64,000 nucleotides of DNA. It comes from Candidatus Kapaibacterium sp. (GTDB lineage Bacteria > Bacteroidota > Ignavibacteria > Kapaibacteriales > UBA2268). Where the stretch lies: assembly GCA_963665665.1 (NCBI GenBank), contig OY762428.1, forward strand, positions 4,192,001-4,256,000, written 5' to 3'. Positions 50,175-60,650 of this stretch are shown here, piece after piece. A program made the translations under genes and the position numbers. The notes under the pieces are model-generated. The model did no database searches. It was not told the DNA's origin and was given only the letters and a program-made list of their open reading frames with translations. How positions within the stretch are numbered: position 1 is the stretch's first letter; the number at the start of each line of letters is the position of its first letter.

Positions 50175-51723
50175 ATTCCGTTCTCCTGTTCAGTTTTCTG
50201 TTTTCCTCGTTTGTATTCGGAACGAGCGGAGAGTTCTCTCCGAGTCCCTCAATTTCAATCCTGCCTTTGTCAATTCCTGACTGAACAAGATACTTTTTAA
50301 CCGAAAAAGCCCTTCTTTCGGAAAGTTCCATATTATAGTCTTCGGATCCGATATCATCAGTATGCCCCCTGACGAGAATTTCTATACCCTGGTATTTTTT
50401 CATTGATGAAGCTACTTCTTCAAGCAGGGGAATAGATTCTTTATTGATTTTATCCGAATTGTATTCAAATTGTATATTTAGCATTTTCATCGTCCCGACA
50501 GGGTCATGTGTTGAAATCAGAGTTTCATCGTACCAACCCCATTTTCTGAGGCTTTCAAACCCGCTCCCTGGAATGTTCAATCCAACGCTCACATCATGGT
50601 AGTCAGCACAATCGGGTGGGGTATAAGTTATAAGGTAATGGTTGTTCAGGCTGATATAAATGCTGGCAAATACATAAGCAAATTCTTTACTGCTGATCAG
50701 GTAATAGAAATTACCTCCTGTTGTTTCGGCAATATCAAGAAGAATTTCCGAATCTCCGAAACCATAAGCTATCGTGTATATTGTAATATTCTTTTCGCGG
50801 CACATTAATTGAATAGAATCCAGTTTGTCTTTCGAAGCTTCATCAAAACCATCGCTAAATAGTATCATAATGCGTTTTTTGTTACTGTCGGCTTTGGCGA
50901 GTTCCGTAATACCGGTTTTAACAGCGCCGAAGATGTTCGTTCCTGCAGTTTCCATACCCCTGAGCCCGTCTTCCCTGATTCTTTTGAAATCATTTTTCGA
51001 GTCAGTCAATGGAATTTCTACCTGGGATTGAGATGCGAATTTGATAACGCTTACCATATCGCCGGGTTTTATTGCCGGGAGTATCTTATTTAACGCTTGC
51101 TGGAGCTTTATCGCTTTGATATCACCCATTGATCCTGAATGATCAAGTACAAATGCCAATGCCTGAGGGCCGGCATCAACGGATCTGATTTCTTTTACCT
51201 CGTAATCACTAATATCGTGAATCCGTCCGTTACAGGAATCTGTGACTGAAAACCAGTATTTTTTATAGCTGTCAGTTCCTTTGTAATACGGAGGAGCTAA
51301 ATCCCGGATAACATTATCTTCGAGGTCGCCAACATGAGCAATAATACTAATCTTATGGGGATATTTACTTGAATTGACAGGCAGTAAGTTCAGATTATAG
51401 AAGCTTATGGAACTGTCCGATAATATTTTTTGAAAGGAAACGGAGTTAAGGGAATCTGCCGGGATGTTATATCTCTTCATCAAAATTTTTGAACGATAAG
51501 AACTGTCGTTTTTAAATTTGGCAGTCATTTTTTGTATATTTGTTTCTGACACCTGGCTGTTAATGAAAACCGGCCTGTGCTGCCTGATATTATTAAGAGA
51601 GTCCGGGAACATTATTTCAAGCTGGCTAACGAATTGGTGGGGGCAGGCACTGAGGATTAATGCTGCCGTGATAACGGATGCTGTTAAAATAATCCTGTTA
51701 TATGTTTTATTCCATCCCTCCAT
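50155..51723 (-). CDS. vWA + OmpA-domain lipoprotein
   Basis: Lipobox LSAC; DHSGSM and SDG vWA motifs; GHTD..G...YN..LSERRA...NRRTEF OmpA_C domain. Confidence 0.9.
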   Translation of the reverse strand: MEGWNKTYNRIILTASVITAALILSACPHQFVSQLEIMFPDSLNNIRQHRPVFINSQVSETNIQKMTAKFKNDSSYRSKILMKRYNIPADSLNSVSFQKILSDSSISFYNLNLLPVNSSKYPHKISIIAHVGDLEDNVIRDLAPPYYKGTDSYKKYWFSVTDSCNGRIHDISDYEVKEIRSVDAGPQALAFVLDHSGSMGDIKAIKLQQALNKILPAIKPGDMVSVIKFASQSQVEIPLTDSKNDFKRIREDGLRGMETAGTNIFGAVKTGITELAKADSNKKRIMILFSDGFDEASKDKLDSIQLMCREKNITIYTIAYGFGDSEILLDIAETTGGNFYYLISSKEFAYVFASIYISLNNHYLITYTPPDCADYHDVSVGLNIPGSGFESLRKWGWYDETLISTHDPVGTMKMLNIQFEYNSDKINKESIPLLEEVASSMKKYQGIEILVRGHTDDIGSEDYNMELSERRAFSVKKYLVQSGIDKGRIEIEGLGENSPLVPNTNEENRKLNRRTEFVIIKK

Positions 51724-51757
51724 AAGTCAATATACAGATTAAATAAAAAAATGTTAC

Positions 51758-51784
51758 AAAAAAAGCACCCTGACGGGTGCTTTT
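51758..51784 (-). terminator. Intrinsic terminator of hpf
   Basis: AAAAGCACCC-tgac-GGGTGCTTTT. Confidence 0.85.
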
Positions 51785-51807
51785 GATATGAAATATTTTA
51801 AAAATGA

Positions 51808-52092
51808 TTAAACTTTGTTTCTTTTTGTTTTCCATTTTCTTAACTGACGTACCATTTTATCGCCTGCTTCATTCAAACTTTTCTGGAAGCTCTCGGACCC
51901 TTCCCTGGCTACCAGAGTTGAACCCTGAACTCTTACTGTGAATTCAACCATTTTGTCCTGATCTTTCCAGAATACTACATCTGTACTAATGATCTGATCT
52001 AAGAACTTGTCGAAACTTTCAGCTACGTCTATGGCCTTTTGATGAAGCTCGGGATGAGACTTTAGATGTCTGAATGTTACGTTTGTTTTCAT
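51808..52092 (-). CDS. hpf: Ribosome hibernation promoting factor (HPF/RaiA)
   Basis: NVTFRH...K..RQLRK.K pattern, 94 aa. Confidence 0.85.
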   Translation of the reverse strand: MKTNVTFRHLKSHPELHQKAIDVAESFDKFLDQIISTDVVFWKDQDKMVEFTVRVQGSTLVAREGSESFQKSLNEAGDKMVRQLRKWKTKRNKV

Positions 52093-52216
52093 ATATACCT
52101 CTCAAAAAAATTCAAGACAAAAATTAGTTAATTTAAAATATCGTGATAAAGTCTCTTTATCCTCCTATCTATTTTCACGGAATAAGGAAAAATTTGTTTT
52201 AAAAAAATTGAATTCT

Positions 52217-53029
52217 TTAATTAAAATTTAGATAAAATCCCAGATTCAATGATAAACTGCCCGGTATAAGCTCTATGTTATCATCAATATAATCAGGGGC
52301 TTGGTATAACTGCTTTCCGATACCCGAAAAAATCTCAGGGTAGCGAAAAATATGTGTATAACTGCTGGTGAAAATTACACCCCAGTATATGTTGCCTGCA
52401 AGTGCGTGGTCGAAACCAAGTTCAAGGCCGCTGCTGATTCTCAGCACGGGTAGTAAGGTCTCTTTATCATAAAGACGGCCTCCTGTTCTTAATAAATCCG
52501 GATTATTGGCAGGGATGTTTTCCTGCCAGGAAATTTTATTGTACGACAGGCCGGCTCCTAACCCAACAAAAGTTCTGAACTGGCCGTTGGTAGGAATATA
52601 TTCTAAATTGGTTATAAAAGGAATTGATTTGATTTCAAAGTTTTCATTTATATCTGAAGAAATTCCGGGAGCAATATCTGAAACGAAGTATTCTTCAAAA
52701 TTTGCCTGGAAATAATTTATTGAGAAATTTAGCTTGAATTTTTTCGAAATGTTGAATCCCAAAGCAGCATTGATATCCGGTTGAACACGGAAATAATTTA
52801 CGTTTCCTCCGCTAATTTCCCTGTATTTTTCGAAAAATTCCGAGGAATTCAATATGAAGTGCGCCCCACTGGATAATGACAGGGTTATGTCATGTTTTTT
52901 ATAGAATGAAAAAGGTTGTGTAGTTCTATCTGCTGCGGTTTTCTCCGGTGTAAATAATATCAGAAAAAAAATCAGGGTTACGAAAAAATTTCGTGACAGT
53001 TCAGGATAATATACCTCTGATTTTACCAT
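52217..53029 (-). CDS. Outer-membrane beta-barrel protein
   Basis: IPF...EY, FVGLGAG, terminal LNLGFYLNFN; GGAGG RBS. Confidence 0.7.
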   Translation of the reverse strand: MVKSEVYYPELSRNFFVTLIFFLILFTPEKTAADRTTQPFSFYKKHDITLSLSSGAHFILNSSEFFEKYREISGGNVNYFRVQPDINAALGFNISKKFKLNFSINYFQANFEEYFVSDIAPGISSDINENFEIKSIPFITNLEYIPTNGQFRTFVGLGAGLSYNKISWQENIPANNPDLLRTGGRLYDKETLLPVLRISSGLELGFDHALAGNIYWGVIFTSSYTHIFRYPEIFSGIGKQLYQAPDYIDDNIELIPGSLSLNLGFYLNFN

Positions 53030-53167
53030 AAACCTCCGACGTGGGGTTGATCAATTATCAATTTCATTACTTATGTCAAATATAAAAGTATTTATGAGAA
53101 AGTCAAGTATTATCTGTTTTAGATAGTAATAATATTTTTTTTCTGATAACCGTTGGTTAAAAAAAAT

Positions 53168-53198
53168 TGTGACTTTTTGGAAACCAAATCACACCTAC
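53168..53198 (+). promoter_or_regulatory. Putative ECF-sigma autoregulatory promoter
   Basis: TGTGAC-N16-CACACCTAC about 65 nt upstream of the ECF gene; inferred from typical ECF promoter geometry. Confidence 0.4.
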
Positions 53199-53263
53199 AA
53201 GAAAGTGCATTCGGGAAAAAAATATTTATTACTTTTGAATATTATAAACAAAAAAGAAATTAA

Positions 53264-53797
53264 ATGAGTGATAAAGATAAACAGGAGAGATTCCTGCAGC
53301 TATTAAAAACTAACATGGAAAAGCTGGAAAGATACACGCTGGCATTATGCAGGAACAGGCAGGATGCCAAAGACCTTGCAGCCGATACTATCCTGACTGC
53401 TTACGAAAATTTTGAAAAACTAAGGGACGAGAAAGCTTTTCTGAGTTATATTTTCACCATCGCGTCAAGAATTTATTCATCTGGAAGGAAAAAGCTCCGA
53501 CCGATGGTTGAACTTGAAGATGCGGGACAACTCTATTGCAACAGGATAAGCCCTGAAACAGCTACTGATATTCAATTACTGTACGAAGCCCTGTGGAAAT
53601 TGTCTGAAGAAAGAAGAGAAGCCATAATTCTGTCGGAAATATTCGGATTTAAACATAAAGAGATTGCTGAAATACAAAATACCGGAATATCTTCTGTAAA
53701 AATGAGGATACTTCGGGGGAAAAGAGAACTAAGGAAAATTCTCGGCATTGATAAAAAACAGGATATAATAAAATCAGGTGCTGCAGCCCTGATATAA
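53264..53797 (+). CDS. ECF RNA polymerase sigma factor
   Basis: Region 2 DAKDL..DT...AY...F.SYIFTIA; region 4 L....REAIIL....GF.HKEIAE...SVKMRI.RG. Confidence 0.92.
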   Translation: MSDKDKQERFLQLLKTNMEKLERYTLALCRNRQDAKDLAADTILTAYENFEKLRDEKAFLSYIFTIASRIYSSGRKKLRPMVELEDAGQLYCNRISPETATDIQLLYEALWKLSEERREAIILSEIFGFKHKEIAEIQNTGISSVKMRILRGKRELRKILGIDKKQDIIKSGAAALI

Positions 53798-53848
53798 TGA
53801 TAATATGAGATCTCGTTGAAATTTTTTTAACTTTATTAATGAATAACA

Positions 53849-55837
53849 ATGAAAAAGAAACTAAATAAAATTTTTGATAAAACAAGAAACGTTCGTAACC
53901 CAGAACCTTTTTTCGATGATAATCAGCTCCGGAGCCTTGTGGAAAAAAGTAATGGCGCTTCTAATATTAATACCCGGAATCTTCCGGGAAGCCAGACATT
54001 TTTTAAAACTTTCATAAGGAAATTTGCAATGACAGCAGGAATAACGTCAATGATTATGATCATGTCTTTTGTGGCATGGATGTACACTGGAACTATGGAA
54101 TTAAACAACGGTTTGAATGAACTTTCCGCAGGCCTCAGCGAACTTTCGGCAGGTTTGAACTCGATTCTTGCGGGCAGCTCTGATGCTGAAGACTCCTCGG
54201 AGGGCAAAGTAGATAAAGAAAAACCGGATGGGGCGGAAAAAGAAACAATAATAACAGCCAACAATCAAGTTGTAGAGAAAGTAAATATTAAAACAGGTGA
54301 TCTTTTTGAAGTGATGATGAAAAATCAGGATGCAGTATGGAAAAAACTGACAATAGACCTTAAAACCAATAAAGTTTATGGTGAGTTGATGCATGAAGGC
54401 AAACCGAAACAATACAATGAACAGAAAGATGATGAAACTGATGTAAAATCTGAAAAATTCTCCGAGGCAAAGAATGAATATGAGAAGCGGAGAATGGATA
54501 CCAAGGTTATGGAGCTGCTTTCTCCGGAAGACCTGAGAAAAGTTGCAGATCAGATACTGGATGAATTCCCTGACGGGAACAGGGTAGGGTATAGTTTGTG
54601 GAGAATGAGAAGATACGCGCATGAAAAAAGAACATCCGAGTTTGACAGATGTTACAACAATGCTGTCAAACAGGCAAAAGGTATGGATGACTTTCAGAAT
54701 GTAAAAGCAAAGATAGGCTTGTTTAAATATATTATGACATTGATTGCAAGGGATATACAGGGATTAAAAGTTATTGAACTGAATCAGGAAGAACTTGCAA
54801 AATTGAATATCAGCCCTATTGTTCCCTTCAACGATAGCAGACTAAACAACATGGAATTCAGAAATAATAACCTTGGCTATAAGTTAATGACCGAAACAAC
54901 GGAGCTCGATGGTGATCAGAAGGAAAATCCTGCAAAATTTAACTATCCGTCCGGTTTATCTGAAATTCTATACAAGAACATTGTTGAACTATTCATGAGT
55001 AAACCAAGAAGCAATCAGATTGAGCTGGAATTAAAAAAATACACCGGCTGGGCAATGGATGAATTCGATCCGCTGGCGCCTGTAGCTATCACCTCTAATC
55101 TGTATATTGGCGATTACATGCGCCTTATGGTTGAATATGTTGTAAAGGGAGCTCCAAATGCAAGAGATATTGAAAATTTCAACCCCGATAGTTTTTCAAA
55201 AATGATAGAATCAAGAAACAGTATTATTAAAGATGACATAAGCGCTGACTATAATAAACTTATACCGGTTCTTTTAAAAATTGGCGATCAGAAGTCGGAA
55301 GCCTTCCCACCCGAAACTATGGAAGATGAAATTACATCCGAAGGAGTTTATATCAGGAAAAATTATGACTTTACCTATGCTGAATATCGTGTATGGTACT
55401 ATCCCAACGAGGCATTCCTGAAAGCTATTCCTAAGAAGTATTCTGATGTTATACGTAAAGAACTGGATGTGATTGCAAAGGTTGCCGAGGGTGAAATGAA
55501 TCACGAAGATGCCTGCGAAGCAGTAAAAGGAGACGGTTCTTTCCTCGGTGTATGCAGAATGACTTCAGCCGGGATCAGCAATGTGAAAATCTATCCCAAT
55601 CCGATGCAAAACAGAATACTTAACGTTGAATTCAGGCTTGAAAACCCTGCAAAACTTACTTTTGCACTACATAATCTTGCTGGCCATTTTATCGCCGACT
55701 TGAAATCCGGAGAGCATCAGGGAGGCCTTCAGAAAATAACACTTGAGCTTGACAAAACAGTCCAACCGGGTATCTACCTGTTTTCAATTACTTCAGACAA
55801 GGGTGACAATGTGGTGCATAAACTGATAGTACAATAA
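53849..55837 (+). CDS. Putative anti-sigma factor: cytoplasmic N-terminus, one TM, large periplasmic region, T9SS-CTD-like C-terminus
   Basis: Directly after the ECF gene. About 60-aa soluble N-terminus, TM AGITSMIMIMSFVAWMY, C-terminus VKIYPNP...HNLAG...PGIYLF...HKLIVQ. Confidence 0.7.
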   Translation: MKKKLNKIFDKTRNVRNPEPFFDDNQLRSLVEKSNGASNINTRNLPGSQTFFKTFIRKFAMTAGITSMIMIMSFVAWMYTGTMELNNGLNELSAGLSELSAGLNSILAGSSDAEDSSEGKVDKEKPDGAEKETIITANNQVVEKVNIKTGDLFEVMMKNQDAVWKKLTIDLKTNKVYGELMHEGKPKQYNEQKDDETDVKSEKFSEAKNEYEKRRMDTKVMELLSPEDLRKVADQILDEFPDGNRVGYSLWRMRRYAHEKRTSEFDRCYNNAVKQAKGMDDFQNVKAKIGLFKYIMTLIARDIQGLKVIELNQEELAKLNISPIVPFNDSRLNNMEFRNNNLGYKLMTETTELDGDQKENPAKFNYPSGLSEILYKNIVELFMSKPRSNQIELELKKYTGWAMDEFDPLAPVAITSNLYIGDYMRLMVEYVVKGAPNARDIENFNPDSFSKMIESRNSIIKDDISADYNKLIPVLLKIGDQKSEAFPPETMEDEITSEGVYIRKNYDFTYAEYRVWYYPNEAFLKAIPKKYSDVIRKELDVIAKVAEGEMNHEDACEAVKGDGSFLGVCRMTSAGISNVKIYPNPMQNRILNVEFRLENPAKLTFALHNLAGHFIADLKSGEHQGGLQKITLELDKTVQPGIYLFSITSDKGDNVVHKLIVQ

Positions 55838-55855
55838 AAACTTAAAGATATTTTC

Positions 55856-55892
55856 AAAAAGAGTTCGTTTTGTAAGCGGGCTCTTTTTTTTT
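55856..55892 (+). terminator. Intrinsic terminator
   Basis: AAAAAGAGTTCGTT-ttgta-AGCGGGCTCTTTTT with a long T run. Confidence 0.8.
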
Positions 55893-56325
55893 GGTTCACA
55901 TCCAAAACCAGGGACTAAACAAAAAGTTTCATTATTCTTAATAAGAAGAGATCACTGTCGGCAACACATCTATTGTTAGTACCGGATAAAGCCAACAAAT
56001 GTCACTCCCCGACAAGCCGAGGGTAGGCTGAACAAAGTGAAGAGTCTATTCTTCATGATTTTATCATAGATACAAGTGTATTCTTTAGTCTCGATCCTGC
56101 CCTGCCGGGGAATTTATATGCATGCCCCGAGCTTTTTTACCGGTTAATTAGTAGAAATGATCCCCTGAATGTAATTGAATTATACTGAACCCGATCATCT
56201 TCCTGACGAATTTTTACTTATTTCCTGTCCGTCCATGTAATTTCCTGATATTATTGGTGTTAACACCTCTGGTGCATCCTCCGGTAACGATTTTTCGCGC
56301 CGGAAACCCCTTGTTTTGTGGTATT

Positions 56326-56556
56326 ATAGCGTTGGTTCGTGCCATCATAGCGTTGGTTCGTGCCATCATAGCGTTGGTTCGTGCCATCATAGCGTTGGTG
56401 CGTGTCATCATAGCGTTGGTGCGTGTCATCATAGCCTTGGCTCGTGCCATCATAGCCTTGGTGCGTGTTATCATAGCGTTGGTTCGTGCCATCATAGCCT
56501 TGGTACGTGTCATCTTAGCCTTGGCTCGTGCCATCTTAACCTTGGTGCGTGCTTTC
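56326..56556. repeat. Tandem repeat, 11 x 21 bp (consensus ATAGCGTTGGTTCGTGCCATC)
   Basis: Contiguous units without spacers. Units 1-3 and 8 are identical; divergence increases toward the right end. Confidence 0.95.
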
Positions 56557-57050
56557 AAAAACATTTTTTGAGATAATATTTTACTCAGAAAACAAAGAAT
56601 TTCACTCTTTTGATATGGAATTTCATTCATTCTGTCCGGTCGATCCCTTTGATCAATGGATGTTTTGATCCGTAAATGTCTCTGCTTGTTTTTGCCCGAT
56701 AAATATTTAGTTCAAAAATATAGGAGTTTGCTATGCCCGGCTATGTTGATCATTCATCAGCACATAATTTCCAAGGGATGTTGGATGAAATTCCTGAGGT
56801 GCGATATTGTAACAGCTCTTCTAGGAGTATCTATATTGCAATTTAGCATTTAATCCCTAACTCTTGATACTGACCCTTTTTTTTTCGCTGCAATGATCAT
56901 CCAGATTATGGTATTTGTAATCATACCAAATTAAAATAATCTTTAAAATTTTGTGCTTTTTATCTTAGCATATATGCTTTATATTGCATTATAAGAAAAT
57001 TTATCAGGCATTAATGCTACAATATTTTATTGTTTTAAATATTTATAATT

Positions 57051-58016
57051 ATGGAAATAACCGAAAAGAAACTGAAATTTGAAGAAACTGACCTCCTGCC
57101 AATTCTTGGTTCGAATGATTTATTCCTAAACATGATAGAAAACCGTTTCAATGCGGCCATAATTGTTCGCGGAGAAAAAATTGTAATAAAAGGTAACAGT
57201 TTTGAAGTAAAGAAAATCGAGGAAGTATTCAAAGAGCTGATATATATCTTAACTAAAAACGGATCGCTTGAAGAAAGGGATGTTAGTACTGTTCTCGATC
57301 TTGTTGAAGCAAACCGTACAGGAGATGTGGTTGCTATCTCCGATCCTGATTCGGTTATTTATCATGGTTATCGTGACTTGATCAGGACACGTACCCCAAG
57401 GCAGCTTGAGTATTGCCAAAAGGTCAGGAACAACGACCTGGTTTTTTCTATTGGGCCTGCGGGAACAGGTAAAACCTTCCTTGCTGTAGCAATGGCGCTA
57501 GCCGCGATGAGACGGAATGAGGTAAGTAAGATAATTCTTTCCAGGCCTGCTGTCGAGGCCGGGGAGTCTCTTGGTTTTCTGCCTGGCGACCTGAATGAAA
57601 AGCTTGACCCATATATTCGTCCCTTGACTGATGCGCTATTTTATATGCTAAATCCCGATAAACTTAAAAGCCTGATGGAAAAACAAATAATCGAGATAAC
57701 GCCCCTGGCCTACATGCGCGGGCGCACATTGAGCAATGCTTTTATTATTCTGGATGAGGCTCAGAATGCTACCGTAACCCAGATGAAGATGTTCCTTACA
57801 AGGCTTGGAGCTAATTCCAGGGCTATTGTTACAGGAGATATTACACAGATAGACCTGAAAGAGAAAACAAATTCCGGACTGGTTGATGCAAAAAATGTTC
57901 TTAGCAAAATTGACGGCATAGAATTTGTTTACTTTTCGAATAAGGATGTTGTAAGGCATAAACTCGTGGCAAAAATAATCAAAGCCTACGAGAAAAGGGA
58001 AAAGAAAGAAAAATAA
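57051..58016 (+). CDS. phoH: PhoH family ATPase
   Basis: GPAGTGKT, RPAVEAGESLGFLPG, PLAYMRGRTL, LDEAQN, GDITQIDL, DVVRH. Confidence 0.95.
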   Translation: MEITEKKLKFEETDLLPILGSNDLFLNMIENRFNAAIIVRGEKIVIKGNSFEVKKIEEVFKELIYILTKNGSLEERDVSTVLDLVEANRTGDVVAISDPDSVIYHGYRDLIRTRTPRQLEYCQKVRNNDLVFSIGPAGTGKTFLAVAMALAAMRRNEVSKIILSRPAVEAGESLGFLPGDLNEKLDPYIRPLTDALFYMLNPDKLKSLMEKQIIEITPLAYMRGRTLSNAFIILDEAQNATVTQMKMFLTRLGANSRAIVTGDITQIDLKEKTNSGLVDAKNVLSKIDGIEFVYFSNKDVVRHKLVAKIIKAYEKREKKEK

Positions 58017-58784
58017 ATGAAACTGTTCGAAATAGGATTCCTTACTTTTACCATTATCGACTTGTTCGATATTATGCTTGTTTCTGCCATGTTCTTTTGG
58101 CTGTACAAAGCTCTGAAGGATACTATTGCCGTGCAAATTCTGTTTGGGCTGGTAATTATTATCGGATTATCTTTTATTACAGAGGCCCTTAATTTTAAAT
58201 CAATAAACTGGATATTGAGAACTATTTCAGATATCTGGCTGTTGGCTTTTATTATACTTTTTCAACCGGAACTTCGAAAGCTTATGTTATTGATTACACG
58301 AAGTCCGATATTTAAATTGTTTATTACCACAAAGATAGCCGAAACAATAGATGAGGTTATCGATGCTGTGATAGAAATGAGCGAGGCTCATACAGGTGCT
58401 TTGATCGTATTCCCAAGAACACAGAACGTACAGATGACTATTGATACAGGGCAGCCCATACAAGCGGCTGTATCCAAGGATCTTTTGATTTCAATTTTCA
58501 ACACAAAGTCACCTTTACACGACGGTGCAGTTATTATTGACAACCAGATGATACTGGCTGCTAAATGTCTTCTGCCATTAACATCATCGAAGAAGTATAA
58601 GGAAAGAAACATAGGAACCCGGCACAGAGCGGCGTTGGGATTATCTGAGCAAGTTGATTCAGTTGTACTGGTTGTATCAGAGGAAACCGGAGGTATTTCA
58701 ATAGCCGAAGCAGGTGACTTTACATTTGATATATCGAAAGATAAGCTTGCAACTGTTCTTGGTTCCCGCCTTGCTGATACTTAA
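58017..58784 (+). CDS. cdaA: Diadenylate cyclase CdaA
   Basis: Three TM helices, FQPELR, PLHDGA, GTRHRAA, VVSEETG. Confidence 0.93.
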   Translation: MKLFEIGFLTFTIIDLFDIMLVSAMFFWLYKALKDTIAVQILFGLVIIIGLSFITEALNFKSINWILRTISDIWLLAFIILFQPELRKLMLLITRSPIFKLFITTKIAETIDEVIDAVIEMSEAHTGALIVFPRTQNVQMTIDTGQPIQAAVSKDLLISIFNTKSPLHDGAVIIDNQMILAAKCLLPLTSSKKYKERNIGTRHRAALGLSEQVDSVVLVVSEETGGISIAEAGDFTFDISKDKLATVLGSRLADT

Positions 58785-58875
58785 ATCAAATAATACTCTT
58801 TGGTAATTTTCCCATTGTTTAAACTTTTTCTTATTTTTGCTTCATTGATTTATTAATGAAAGAAAACAATATTAT

Positions 58876-60489
58876 ATGAATTTCAGAATATTTACTATTA
58901 AAGCCCTGATGCTATTGTTTATTGCTTCAAGTAACCTTGTTCAGGCAAAAAATGCAAAAGAAAAAGAAAATCAGATTCCGATAATCACGAAATCGGATTC
59001 AGCCAAATCAATAAAAACACTTGAAAATGATATTGAACATATTTTAAACCATAAACATCTTCATAAAACCAAAGTTGGATTGGCCGTCTATTCTCTTGAC
59101 AACAACAAATATCTTTATAAAAAAAATATTGATAAAATGTTTACACCTGCCTCCAACACAAAAATCGTAACTGTTTTTACGGCTTTGTCGGTTCTTGGCA
59201 AAGACTTTAAAATTAATACGGATATATATACTGACGGTAAATTATTAAACGACAGTACTTTGAAAGGTAACCTGTATATTGTTGGCCGGGGTGATGCTCT
59301 TTTTACAGAGGAAGACCTGGAAAAACTTGTTTTGCAGCTTCTTGACAAAGGAATAAAAGCAGTTCAGGGAAATATCTATGCCGACGGGTCTTTTTTTGAT
59401 GATAAAACAGACCGCAAAGTTTATAGCGGAGACAGGGACCGTGTAGAAAATCTCCCGCCTATAACCGGATTAAGTATTGAAAATAATACTGCAACAGTTG
59501 TAGTCAGCGCCGGTTCGAAAAAAGGAGCTCCATTAAATGTAAGAATTATACCTGACTCTGAAGCTTTTGAAACAAGTTGCACGGCCAAAGTAAGCGCAAT
59601 ATTAAATGAAGAAAATATTATAAATTATGAAGGAATAATTCCTCAGGATGAAATTGTTATCCAAAAATACGGAGATGCCGATCCTGATCCGGCTCGCAGA
59701 AGAAAAAGCGGGGTGAGAATAAAAACTTCAGTTCTTGAAAACGGACGACAGAAATTCTCAGTATCCGGCAGGTTGAATAGGAACAAGATATATTCTTACA
59801 GGTATTATATCAAAGATCCTCTTACTGCTGTTGCCGGTGCTTTGAAGAGACGTATGGAATTGCTGGGTATAGTTGTTAAAGGCAGTTATGGAAATAAAAT
59901 TTTACCAGAAAATGATTCGGTTAGGACGAAAATGCTTGCCACATTTTCCAGGCCTCTGTCAGATATGCTCGAGCCAATAAATAAAAATAGTAATAATTAT
60001 TATGCCGAAAATCTTTACAAAATTCTCGGAGCATATAGTGGATATACACGGGACAATGCTCTTGGAGCTCGGGAGATTGAAGAAAAAAATATGATGAACA
60101 TGGGTATACCCTGCCCTGATTGTGCGCTTTATGACGGATCAGGATTGTCGAGGAGAAATAAAATATCGGCATCAGCCCTAATGAATATGCTGATAATATC
60201 ATCCGGAATGAATTTTTCTGAAATTCTCGAAAACACCCTTTCAATTGCCGGAATTGACGGTACGCTGGAAAAAAGAATGAGAGCAACAGTTTCTGAAGCC
60301 AATCTTAGGGGGAAAACAGGAACATTAAGGAATGTCTCGGCCTTGAGTGGATATGTAAATACGCTGGACAATGAGAAACTTGCCTTTGTTATGCTTTTTA
60401 ACGGACCGAATGTTGGATCATATAAAGACATCGAGGATCAGCTTGGGATTCTTTTGTCACAATTTTTCTATTTTAACGAAGAATATTGA
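58876..60489 (+). CDS. dacB: D-Ala-D-Ala carboxypeptidase/endopeptidase (PBP4, S13)
   Basis: PASNTK (SxxK), SNN, DGSGLSR, GIDGTL, KTGTL. Confidence 0.92.
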   Translation: MNFRIFTIKALMLLFIASSNLVQAKNAKEKENQIPIITKSDSAKSIKTLENDIEHILNHKHLHKTKVGLAVYSLDNNKYLYKKNIDKMFTPASNTKIVTVFTALSVLGKDFKINTDIYTDGKLLNDSTLKGNLYIVGRGDALFTEEDLEKLVLQLLDKGIKAVQGNIYADGSFFDDKTDRKVYSGDRDRVENLPPITGLSIENNTATVVVSAGSKKGAPLNVRIIPDSEAFETSCTAKVSAILNEENIINYEGIIPQDEIVIQKYGDADPDPARRRKSGVRIKTSVLENGRQKFSVSGRLNRNKIYSYRYYIKDPLTAVAGALKRRMELLGIVVKGSYGNKILPENDSVRTKMLATFSRPLSDMLEPINKNSNNYYAENLYKILGAYSGYTRDNALGAREIEEKNMMNMGIPCPDCALYDGSGLSRRNKISASALMNMLIISSGMNFSEILENTLSIAGIDGTLEKRMRATVSEANLRGKTGTLRNVSALSGYVNTLDNEKLAFVMLFNGPNVGSYKDIEDQLGILLSQFFYFNEEY

Positions 60490-60650
60490 TATAATTTTTT
60501 CATTATTAAAAAAAATTTCGAATATTCAATTTATTTTTGAATTTTTCGTTTTATAATGTGAAAAAATTATTTAACTTTCTGAAGAAATGTTTTTCAGGGA
60601 TAATAATTCCACTAAAGATTCCCTGATTTATCTACTACGGGGTAACATAT

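Noticed and set aside
56326-56556. CRISPR array
   Set aside because: Units are contiguous 21-mers with no unique spacers, and no cas genes are present.
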